A stretch of 64,000 nucleotides of DNA from assembly GCA_002269645.1 (NCBI GenBank), contig NIVC01000109.1:1-64000 (forward strand), in the 5' to 3' direction. This stretch comes from Macrostomum lignano. Taxonomy: Eukaryota. Below, piece after piece: positions 21,923 through 33,500 of the stretch (position 1 is its first letter; every line of letters begins with the position of its first letter). The translations under genes and the position numbers were made by a program. The notes under the pieces were generated by a model. That model was not told the DNA's origin. It worked only from the letters and a program-made list of their open reading frames with translations, and ran no database searches.

Positions 21923-22659
21923 TGCAGAGCCTTGCTCACTGCTGTTGAAACCGCGGCCTTGGACTCCTCCGCAATTACCAAACTGATGTATTGACGTACG
22001 ATGTCACGTTGATTTCCAAACCTAATAGCTCAATTCGCCTTTTCACCACAGACACTTTTGAAAATATAATTAAATATTGGACAATTTTTTGCACTCTTAC
22101 TAATTTTGCAAGTTATATATAAAAGCCACAATGCTTACATTCACTCTATTGTTGATTTAAAAGGCAACCATATGCGTGGTGAATGCAATGAAAAACGTTT
22201 CGTTTCAATGATTAAATATAGCAACTTCTAGTAGGAACGTATTGTAGTCGCTTGTTTTCTCGTCCCCCAGTCTGACCTGAGCTCTGGCAGGGAACATATA
22301 TGACAGTTACAAACTCGGATATTATACACTCCCAAGGACATAGGGGTTTAAAACTTTATTTGATTGGATACTGATCTCTACAAGCTCTAGGAGGTCAATG
22401 GGTGCCAAGGGACGGTTATCTGAGGACACCGTATAGGTTGCGCGGAATTCCTTAACGGCGGTGTACTCGTGCTTGCCTGCTGGTACAGGGTACATTTGGA
22501 TTTGCGATAAAAATTTGGATAAACAACCCTATGTGGAAACACTAGTCATTGCACTTTTATGCAGTCGCGATGCATGATATTGGAATAACACGACTCGCGC
22601 AAACCGGCATGCATGCATCCGATATCAAGCATCCCGACTGCAGAAGAATATACCATTAA

Positions 22660-22925
22660 TTTGGGGCTAAATTGGAATCTCGGCTTGGCTCTACTCGTGC
22701 AATTAACGTCCTTTCAATCCCTAAACTCGGGCCAACCCCCAACCCCAAGGCGCAGTGAAGTGTACATGCCTAACGATAAATAAAGTTAGGGCCGCTGTAC
22801 ACTCCTGTGTGAGTGTGTGCTTGTGCGTATGACTGCAGATCGGCGGAATGGGCAGTAATGCGCCTCTCGCCGGTTATGAGATGCGCGTAAAGTGCGCCGA
22901 AAGGACCATCACTCCGAACCGAACC
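22660..22925 (+). mobile_element. SINE family B copy, 5'-truncated
   Basis: Shares GGGGCTAAATTGGAATCTCGGCTTGGCTC...GGCGCAGTGAAGTGTACATGCCTAACGATAAATAAAGTTAGGGCCGCTG with the other copies. Confidence 0.8.
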
Positions 22926-23177
22926 CTACGTTGAAAGAGGCGAGATTGAAGAGCCAATCAGAAGGCAGCGAGGGGGAGAGAGATAAGATAACAAGACTGA
23001 ATTGGACAGAGAGAGAAAACACAGTAAACAGTGACTAAGAAAGTCGCGACAATAGCAGCCACCCCAGCGTGCAATCTGCAGCCTTCAAGTAGTAATTAAC
23101 GTCGTTTGCAGGCAACTCCGCAGTCAGTGATTGCCGCCCAGATTAACAAGTTTATTTTCCACTACAGAAGCACAACA

Positions 23178-24356
23178 ATGCCAAACAGGACCGCTCCGAT
23201 CTGTCTTGGCTTTCTGCTTTTTGCCGCTCTAGCCGGTAAGATAAGCTTTTACTGACTTAAGAAGCGCAATATTTTTATTTGTTTTATTGAATTGCAAGCA
23301 AATGGCATACCGCTATCGTATTGCACAGGTGCTGGACAGGCCATACACTGTCTGGTGTACCACTACTCGTCGGGCATTACTGGTGGCATTTCTAGGGCTA
23401 TGGTAGTTGAGTGCGGCAGCAGTGTCACCAGCTGTCACAAAGACCAGATAACCGTGACTACGCCCGGCTCGAATCTTAAGTTCAAAAATAATTTAACCCT
23501 AACTGTGAGTAAAAAGTCAGTCTAGTCGCATTTTTGTGTCCGTAGGGGCAGGCTTCCCGTGGGGCAGCTTGAGTGTCCGCTGCCCTGGGTGGCCTTCATT
23601 TTTATTCCCAATAGCAAAACTCGAGTTCTTATATAGCATGAAGTCAAAGCTGGCTCAATGCAACTTGCTCAATGCCACTTGAAGGTCGAGGGTTCGACTC
23701 CCGATCCACTCGGAACAATTTGTGTCCTTGAGCAAGACACTTAACTCTGCATTGCTTCAGTTCACCCAGCTGTAAAATGGGTGCCAGCATTAGCTGGGGT
23801 AATTGAGGCTGTGTGTGGCGACCCCCCAGTCCTTGGACTGAACAGCCGTACGCAGCCTTCAGATGCGCCGCGCAATAGCTGCGGCTGAGCTGTCGGTTGC
23901 ACATCTGGCCCAATTGGGGCAGGTGTAATTGTTATTATCGCAAGTTGAATTTATGTTTATTTTGATTTTTATTGACCATTTTATTGACTTCATTAATGTC
24001 ATAGCAAATCGGAAATTGCTATCGGGAGTTTTTTGCTATTGCAAATTGAAACAATGGCCGCCCGATTTGAAATTTAAACCTTTGCGCATTACAGGCTGGT
24101 TCATATTTTGCAATCACCGCGCACGCTATAAATTGAAGATTTCTCGGACAGCTGTGCATTCGCTTCAATTTCTTATTTGCAGTCTTACAGTGGCAGCTGT
24201 GGCGAGTGCCAAGGCCAATCGTTTGCGGGAACAACTTACATCTGCACAGCATGCAAAACTGACCAGTGCAACTCTGCATTCGCTGACGTGCGCCCCTGGC
24301 TCCGATTGACCCTGGCGCTGCCTGTCCTGATAGTTGCGGCTCTGTGCAACTTCTAG
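23178..24356 (+). CDS. Ly6/uPAR (three-finger) GPI-anchored protein 1; exons 23178-23235, 23329-23504, 24183-24356
   Basis: Signal peptide MPNRTAPICLGFLLFAALAG; 8 Cys ending C..C.TDQCN; hydrophobic C-terminal GPI-type signal; GT-AG junctions in frame. Confidence 0.82.
23655..23910 (+). mobile_element. CORE-like SINE family A copy 2 (in an intron of Ly6 gene 1)
   Basis: Reverse complement of 13150-13410. Confidence 0.82.
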
Positions 24357-24634
24357 GAGCAAAATTTACTGCAGCAAAACTGTTTGTAGTTGGATATGAT
24401 GTATCTGACAGCTATGGCAATAGTTTCGTATTTAATATCTGTTCGACTTTTGATTTGATGAAATACCATCGCACTAAAAATAAACTTATGCATAAATTGA
24501 CAATTTTTCAAAATTATCAAAGTGTTACCAATTTACTGTTGTCATAGGCAAAGGTTGAGTAGTTTACCGTATTTGTTTACAGATCGTCACTAGCTGATTA
24601 GACCTGTTTTCAGAAGTTTGGAGCGACTGTCAAC

Positions 24635-25425
24635 AAACTTTGAGCTGTTTTCGGTAGAAGTTTGGAGTTGTTTTCAGTAGAAGTTTGGAGCTGTTTTCAC
24701 TAGAAGTTTGGAGCTGTTTTCACTAGAAGTTTGGAGCTGTTTTCAGTAGAAGTTTGGAGCTGTTTTCACTAGAAGTTTGGAGCTGTTTTCACTAGAAGTT
24801 TGGAGCTGTTTTCACTAGAAGTTTGGAGCTGTTTTCACTAGAAGTTTGGAGCTGTTTTCACTAGAAGTTTGGAGCTGTTTTCACTAGAAGTTTGGAGCTG
24901 TTTTCACTAGAAGTTTGGAGCTGTTTTCACTAGAAGTTTGGAGCTGTTTTCACTAGAAGTTTGGAGCTGTTTTCACTAGAAGTTTGGAGCTGTTTTCACT
25001 AGAAGTTTGGAGCTGTTTTCACTAGAAGTTTGGAGCTGTTTTCACTAGAAGTTTGGAGCTGTTTTCACTAGAAGTTTGGAGCTGTTTTCACTAGAAGTTT
25101 GGAGCTGTTTTCACTAGAAGTTTGGAGCTGTTTTCACTAGAAGTTTGGAGCTGTTTTCACTAGAAGTTTGGAGCTGTTTTCACTAGAAGTTTGGAGCTGT
25201 TTTCAGTAGAAGTTTGGAGCTGTTTTCACTAGAAGTTTGGGGCTGTTTTCAGTAGAAGTTTGGAGCTGTTTTCACTAGAAGTTTGGGGCTGTTTTCAGTA
25301 GAAGTTTGGGGCTGTTTTCAGTAGAAGTTTGGGGCTGTTTTCACTAGAAGTTTGGGGCTGTTTTCAGTAGAAGTTTGGGGCTGTTTTCAGTAGAAGTTTG
25401 GAGTTATTTTTACTATAAGTTGGAG
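24635..25425. repeat. 23-bp minisatellite (CTGTTTTCACTAGAAGTTTGGAG)n
   Basis: Period 23 read directly; about 34 copies. Confidence 0.95.
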
Positions 25426-26124
25426 CGACTGTCAGGTATTTTGATTATTTTGAAATCAGTCAAAGTTTGACTCAGTTTGCGATATTCATGTACTTTAGAC
25501 ATTTAAAACCATAACAGGAGTTTTGTTTAGTCTATGAGCGAATCACTAAGTAAAGCTCATTGAGATTTCAGCTTAGCCTGAGCAGTTGCTCATTATAAAA
25601 TTACAGTGCATTGTATCCAACCTGATAAGCCATATTTCGGTTAGATCCTGCAAAAGCCAACCCTCAAACCATTGCTCAGCTAGAGGGGCAGACAGATCTC
25701 TAGGACAATACCATCGGAAGCTGCTCCAGCTCCCCCATCCAATAGTGAGTCTTCAACCTAACGTTAAGTCAACTGTAGCGGCATGGAATGAAAGGCCCCC
25801 CCTGCAGTCCGTAACAGTCGCAGCTGAGACTGAGCTGGGTTGGTGAGAGGGGGGCTTAGATGAAGTCTTAGTTACTAAGGTAGGGCTCTGAGTCAGTCTA
25901 GTTGCCATGGACGCGACAATATCCCCCCAGTTGGCTTTGGGCTATTGAACGATCGGGCATCCGCTGTTCTTAACAACCGCCCCTGCAGGCGCCCCATCCC
26001 CAGGGGCCCCAATCTGTATAAAAAGCCGCACCGCTCTCGGGATTCCGGGCCGCAAAGTAGGCTTCAACCCCGTTTCATTTATCGCCTCACTGCCGCAAGA
26101 GCCACTAATAATTACGCCGCCAAA

Positions 26125-26710
26125 ATGCTGAACAAGACCAGCTCAATCTGCCTTGGACTCGGCGTCCTGGCTGTCTTAGTTGGTAAGCTGACTGAAGTAT
26201 AAAATGCATAATGTAGCGCTGTCAACCAAAGCAACAGAACTTGAATTATCATCATCATCTAAAACTGTGTCGCACGCAGGTGTCGGACACGCCATCAGCT
26301 GTCTGACTTACAGCCACATGGGCATTGAAGGCATCCGGGGCACCCCCACTGTGATGGAGTGCGCCAGCTCCGTCACCACCTGCATTAAGATCAACTTCGT
26401 TCAATACTACACCACTTCGACTTCGGGCGTAAAAACCAATGCCAGTCTTACTGTGAGTAGTAGATACATGAGCTGATTGAGCCCTGTCTCAGCATTGACC
26501 CAGCCATACAGCAGCTCTGCTCACTCACCGCACTCGCATTCTCAGGTGTACTCTGGCGCCTGCGGCAGTTGCACTGGCTTGCCGTCCAATTACGTCTGCA
26601 CCACCTGCAGCAGCGACCAGTGCAACTCCGCCTTTGCCGCTGTGCGGGCTGCCGCTCCGCTGACTCTGGCGCTGCCGCTCCTGATGACCGTTGCCCTGCG
26701 CAGCTTCTAA
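26125..26710 (+). CDS. Ly6/uPAR GPI-anchored protein 2; exons 26125-26182, 26280-26452, 26546-26710
   Basis: Same exon phases and Cys pattern as gene 1 (CTTCSSDQCNSAF); signal peptide and GPI-type tail. Confidence 0.85.
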
Positions 26711-27079
26711 AAGCAGCAAGCGAACCTCGGAAGTTTGAGAGAAATTAAATTACTATAAAAACGTTGATAGCTTACCGCAATACTCAAGATCAATATTTCT
26801 GTTTCACGAATAAAAATAACCTAGATTTTCAGCAACTCAACTTTTTCGATATTATTTTATTAAATAACTTACAAAATTTACCCTAATCTATATTCCCTTA
26901 CAAGTATGAGTTTTTATTTTTCAAAAAAAGAAAATTTTCATACATTTTATTCAAAGCTAAATACAATACAACACAGTCTGTCTCTTGATTAAATTTTAAA
27001 CACCTTCTAAAAAATGGAACTCAGTCTAAGTTTCTGATCATTTGACAGATACCATTAAAGTGAATTACTGCAAAAAATG

Positions 27080-29058
27080 AACAGTGATGGTCAGGAGAGG
27101 ATCAAAGTGATGGTCAGGAGAGGTTCGGAGTGATGGTCAGGAGAGGTTCGGAGTGATGGTCAGGAGAGGATCGGAGTGATGGTCCGGAGAGGCTCAAAGT
27201 GATGGTCAGGAGAGGTTCGGAGTGATGGTCAGGAGAGGTTCGGAGTGATGGTCAGGAGAGGATCGGAGTGATGGTCAGGAGAGGTTCGGAGTGATGGTCA
27301 GGAGAGGTTCGGAATGATGGTCAGGAGAGGATCGGAGTGGTCAGGGGCTGTTCGGAGTGATGGTCAGGGGCTGTTCGGAGTGATGGCCAGGGGCTGTTCG
27401 GAGTGATGGCCAGGGGCTGTTCGGAGTGATGGCCAGGGGCTGTTCGGAGTGATGGTCAGGGGCTGTTCGGAGTGATGGCCAGGGGCTGTTCGGAGTGATG
27501 GCCAGGGGCTGTTCGGAGTGATGGTCAGGGGCTGTTCGGAGTGATGGTCAGGGGCTGTTCGGAGTGATGGCCAGGGGCTGTTCGGAGTGATGGCCAGGGG
27601 CTGTTCGGAGTGATGGTCAGGGGCTGTTCGGAGTGATGGTCAGGGGCTGGTCGGAGTGATGGTCAGGAGAGGTTCGGAGTGATGGTCAGGAGAGGTTCGG
27701 AGTGATGGTCAGGAGAGGTTCGGAGTGATGGTCAGGAGAGGTTCGGAGTGATGGTCAGGAGAGGATCGGAGTGGTCAGGGGCTGTTCGGAGTGATGGTCA
27801 GGGGCTGTTCGGAGTGATGGTCAGGGGCTGTTCGGAGTGATGGCCAGGGGCTGTTCGGAGTGATGGTCAGGAGAGGTTCGGAGTGATGGTCAGGAGAGGT
27901 TCGGAGTGATGGTCAGGAGAGGATCGGAGTGGTCAGGGGCTGTTCGGAGTGATGGTCAGGGGCTGTTCGGAGTGATGGTCAGGGGCTGTTCGGAGTGATG
28001 GCCAGGGGCTGTTCGGAGTGATGGTCAGGGGCTGTTCGGAGTGATGGTCAGGGGCTGTTCGGAGTGATGGTCAGGAGAGGTTCGGAGTGATGGTCAGGAG
28101 AGCTTCGGAGTGATGGTCACGAGAGGTTCGGAGTGATGGTCAGGAGAGGTTCGGAGTGACGGTCAGGAGAGGTTCGGAGTGATGGTCAGGAGAGGTTCGG
28201 AGTGATGGTCAGGAGAGGATCGGAGTGATGGTCCGGAGAGGCTCAAAGTGATGGTCAGGAGAGGTTCGGAGTGATGGTCAGGAGAGGATCGGAGTGATGG
28301 TCAGGAGAGGATCGGAGTGATGGTTGGTCACGAGAGGTTCGGAGTGATGGTCAGGAGAGGATCGGAGTGATGGTCAGGAGTTGTTCGGAGTGATGGTCAG
28401 GAGAGGTTCGGAATGATGGTCAGGAGAGGATCGGAGTGGTCAGGGGCTGTTCGGAGTGATGGTCAGGGGCTGTTCGGAGTGATGGCCAGGGGCTGTTCGG
28501 AGTGATGGTCAGGGGCTGTTCGGAGTGATGGTCAGGGGCTGTTCGGAGTGATGGTCAGGAGAGGTTCGGAGTGATGGTCAGGAGAGCTTCGGAGTGATGG
28601 TCAGGAGAGGATCGGAGTGATGGTCCGGAGAGGCTCAAAGTGATGGTCAGGAGAGGTTCGGAGTGATGGTCAGGAGAGGTTCGGAGTGATGGTCAGGAGA
28701 GGTTCGGAGTGATGGTCAGGAGAGGTTCGGAGTGATGGTCAGGAGAGGTTCGGAGTGATGGTCAGGAGAGGTTCGGAGTGATGGTTAGGAGAGGTTCGGA
28801 GTGATGGTCAGGAGAGGTTCGGAGTGATGGTTAGGAGAGGTTCGGAGTGATGGTCAGGAGAGGTTCGGAGTGATGGTCAGGAGAGGTTCGGAGTGATGGT
28901 CAGGAGAGGTTCGGAGTGATGGTCAGGAGAGGTTCGGAGTGATGGTCAGGAGAGGTTCGGAGTGATGGTCAGGAGAGGTTCGGAGTGATGGTCAGGAGAG
29001 GTTCGGAGTGATGGTCAGGAGAGGTTCGGAGTGATGGTCAGGAGAGGATCGGAGTTGG
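27080..29058. repeat. 23-bp minisatellite (GGAGTGATGGTCAGGAGAGGTTC)n with blocks of a GGGCTGTTC variant
   Basis: About 2 kb array, period 23. Confidence 0.95.
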
Positions 29059-30560
29059 GATCACAAAAAATTATTTTGCTTAGGTAGACTTAGGCAGAAC
29101 GCTCGTTACGTCGGACAGAGCTCTCTTTGTCTGTCTTCCCACCTCTCAGCACATGAACGGGCATGCCTGTACTGTCGCTATTGACAACAACTTAGAGGCG
29201 ATAGGGTAATGGTCGATCACATACCTACCTACCGACAGACCATTTTTAGTATATGGGCTGTGTGGGAGCCTATCTGGGGGGTAATCTATCAAATGCTCTC
29301 ATTGTAAGAGTCGTAAAGTTGAGACTTTATGGCTCAACCGGTGTTCCTCTCTCCGCCGGTACAGAGGCTGCCTGACAACACGACCTCCCCATCTCGGTTG
29401 TTTTGTAGATGCGCGGCTAGAAAGGTTTTCATTGCTGCTCCGTCGTTCAGAATTCTATTGCTCAGGTCATGCAGAGATGAGAAAAATCTGTAATAGAGAA
29501 GAGCCTGGGAATTGTTGAGTCAGTAGATTGCGTATTTCATCTGCATAGGCATGCTCTCGCTGCTTGACTTAATCATACTGATTGAGGATTCAACCCGAAA
29601 TATCATCTCCCTTTCTCTTACTCATAGTAGGCAGGTTCTGGGCTTTTCTTCTTTATTTATTCTGACTTGTTTTTGTTATTTTTAGGACATTGTACTTCTT
29701 TTTTGCCGAGTTGCTAACGCTACCTGTCAAGTTCCCTGGGATCTGAGAGGATCGAGAATTTGGTGTCTGAAGCTCAGCCAATCAGATTCGAACTGGTCAT
29801 CCTGGGCTTGTCCAATCAGAAAGTTTGACGCTTGTTATAACAAATCGTCAGCTGGTGAGGCTAGATTATTATTATGTACCTTAACTCTATCTCAATCTCG
29901 CTTAACTATATCTCCATGTTGCTTAAAACCAACAACGAGGACAAGTTAATGTGAGGTTTTCGGATTGGGGAGGAGGATTCTTAAGCAGGGCATGAGTTTG
30001 CTTGATGTAGAGTTGAGCATCTTTATTTTTTAGCTGGTAGATATTTCATTTGTGTGTTATTAATTTTGTCAAATTATCCATCTTCAATAGAGGCCCATAA
30101 TGGAGCTCTATGGAATAACTTTCTGCCTTCTGCATTGAAATAAATATTACAAAATCAAAGGGTTCCTGTACATGCAGGTGGAAGCATTAAAAATGAAAAC
30201 AAAAGACAACACTGAAGACTTAGAAAGACCACAAATAATTTAAAATTGATTTAACAGGAAAATTATATTTTCAGTAATGTAGCAAACATTGTTTATTTTA
30301 AAAAGTTTGGAATGTATTTAAACAAATTGATATGGCCGTATGTATTATTTTGTCCTACAAGACTTTATAAAAGTACATCACATCCTTTCAAACAAATACG
30401 CTCGTAATTTTACAAACTAATAAAATTTTACCAACGAAATATTAGGACAGAGAACTTTTTCTGAAAGATTTTTTGCTTCAATTTTTAACAAATTGGACGT
30501 TAACACGATAAGGCGTCTCTTTCCTAGTCTCGCAGGGTATTCTAGACCATCAGTAGTCAA

Positions 30561-33500
30561 TCAGCCAAGTCGATCCAGCTGCATCACTCGCGTGGGAGGA
30601 ATCTCCAGCTCCTGGTTCACCTGAAAGTTTAATATTGTAGCTCCCGTGATAAAACTCTCCCATTATTAAATTTATAAAAAAATTTTAATATATACGAATA
30701 CCAATAGAGCTATAACAAAGGCAAGTCATATCAAAATATGACCATTGGGTCTGCCTCATACCAAAAGCAATAACACATTTCGAACTGAAAAATGAAAACC
30801 TCCACTCTCCGCAATGTATTTTGGCCTTCTAAAACTTTCCAAGAAACGCGTAGTTTCCCGTCCTCTTACTTGAGAAGTCCTTGACTAAATGCTATGACGC
30901 TAGCGTCCTTCTACTTGAGTAGTCCTTGACTAAATCATATGACGCTAGCGTCCTTCTACTTGAGTAGTCCTTAGACTAAATGCTATGACGCTAGCGTCCT
31001 TCTACTTGAGTAGTCCTTGACTAAATGCTATGACGCTAGCGTCCTTCTACTTGAGTAGTCCTTGGCTAAATGCTATGACGTTAGCGTCCTTCTACTTGAG
31101 TAGTCCTTGACTAAATGCTAAGACGCTAGCGTCCTTCTACTTGAGTAGTCCTTGACTAAATGATATGACGCTAGCGTCCTTCTACTTGAGTAGTCCTTGG
31201 CTAAATGCTATGACGCTAGCGTCCTTCTACTTGAGTAGTCCTTGGCTAAATGCTATGACGTTAGCGTCCTTCTACTTGAGTAGTCCTTGACTAAATGCTA
31301 TGACGCTAGCGTCCTTCTACTTGAGTAGTCCTTGGCTAAATGCTATGACGTTAGCGTCCTTCTACTTGAGTAGTCCTTGACTAAATGCTAAGACGCTAGC
31401 GTCCTTCTACTTGAGTAGTCCTTAGACTAAATGCTATGACGCTAGCGTCCTACTTGAGTAGTCCTTAGACTAAATGCTATGGCGCGAACATCCTACATGT
31501 ACTTCAGCTGTCCTCGCCCTGAGGCTGTTGCGTATTTGAACTGCTGAAACTCACCTTGGACGTGACGTATTGCTGCAGCAAGTGCCTCAGCTCGGCATTC
31601 TGCAGCCGCAGCGCGTCTGTCTCGTTCAATAGGCTGGAACGACTCTGCAGCACGCTGCTGTACTTCTCCATGCCAGCCAGCAAGGCGTCCCACAGCGCCT
31701 CCTTGTCCTCATCTATCAGGCTGCCGTAGCGGGCCCAGTAAGCAGCGTCCTCTGAGTCGTCTCGCTCTTCGATATCTTTCAGGGTGAACTGCTGGCCGCC
31801 GCCTTGGCTCTGGTGCTGGCGCTGCTGGTGGCTGCGCTGCAGCTCCTGCAGTTTGTGACCGGTGGTTGAGTTCGAGATTGGGCTCAAGCCTACTACTGAA
31901 GAAGGGACCGCAACCCAGTGGTCGAGCGCGGCGCTCTGATGTGCCAGCGGCCCAGGCTCGATTCCAAGTGCAGTCACATTAATTTGAGGCTAAATTGGAA
32001 TCTCGGCTTGGGTACCCGTAGGAAAATAATTGTCCCTCAACTGTGTCAAATGGCAAATGAAAAACAGATAGAAAGAAATAAAAAAATAATTGTTTATTGG
32101 CAACAAAAATGGCTTCATCGAGAGTTATTTATAATAGACAATCATAAATGTGCCAATTGGCATAGTTGTGACAGTTGGCAGAATTGCAGATTTTGCTAGG
32201 ACAATTATTTCTCGCCGGGTTTTCTGCTCGTGCAATTATCGCCCTTGAGGGCCAACCCACAAGGCACAGTGAAGTGTACATGCCTAACGATAAATAAAGT
32301 TAGGGCCGCTGTGCACTCCTGTGTGAGTGTGTGCCTGTGCGTATGTCTGAGTACGTATCCGCGTGCTTGTGTGCCTGCTCAGTGGAGTCAGCGGAATGGG
32401 CAGCAATGCCTCTCGCTGGTTGTGTAACAATGTCGCTCAAAGAGCGCCAGGGTGCACGCAGACCCCTGCTTCTATTTTTCATGAAGCTACTGAAGAAAAG
32501 AATATGACGCTAATCTCTTATTAGCAATAATTATAATAATCGAATTCTCACCTGAACAAAGCCGCGAAGAGCCCGTCGAACCCGGTTGGGGTGAATCAAG
32601 GTCACGCGAGACCCGTCCTTGGGCGACACGATGCGTCGAATCTCTTCGGCCGCCTCTTCGCCGGAACCCGCCTCGGAGCCTCCGCCACCTACGGCGCCCT
32701 CTTCCTCCTCCGGCTCGTCCTCCTCGTCGATGGCGCCGCTATCCTGCAGGAAGTAGGGCAGCATCTTGTCGATCTCGTCCTCGGAGGTGATGCCCAGAGC
32801 TGAGAACACGGCGTCCAGCTGCATCAGGTTGCGCTCGTCCTTCTCCAACGGAGCCAGCAGGGTCTTCAATTTCTTCTCGATAAGAAATCCGGCCTCGTCG
32901 CAGACCAGCTCGAGCACGGAGCGAACTATGGACGGGTTGAGCTCGCGGGCTGCCAGACTGCGAGCCTCATCGACTGAGCCGAGCTGCTCGAGGCCGGGGG
33001 CGTCGCCTCCTTCGCGGCTGAGCATGTCGCGAACCACCTGCGCCACCGGGACGCTCTTGGCTCGGTCCGAGGCGCTCACCACGGGACCGACGTTGTCGAG
33101 AAAGGAGCAATCCGGCTCCGTCCAGGGGATGCCCAGCTGCTGCTCGTGCAGGACTCGGTCAGCGTCCAGTAGCCGCTCGGCAAGCTTCTTCGCCTCCTCC
33201 TCGTTCATCAGCCAGATGTCATGGAACTTCTTGCCATCGGCGCCGAGAAGATTCTTTGCCTTCTTCATCAGGTCGCGGAACTGTTCTGTGACTCGCCTGT
33301 TCAAAGTTAAAATGGAGGTTTGGATGGAGGTTTTTACCTAGGAAACTGGCAAATGGTCATACTCCTCATACTAGGGTCTTAGAAAAGCATCGAAGGTCGC
33401 CAACGCTTGGCCTGAACATCGGATAAAGCACCCACACCTGAGCACTGAAGCAGCACACACCTTACCCTTGGACATCTGAGGAATCACATACCTCACACCT

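Noticed and set aside
29090-30000. Possible TE or ncRNA remnants here and at 22130-22640 and 25560-25930
   Set aside because: No motif, terminal repeat or second copy that I could support from the sequence alone.
24635-31480. 23-bp and 45-bp arrays as CRISPR arrays
   Set aside because: Head-to-tail repeats with no unique spacers, no cas genes, eukaryotic context.
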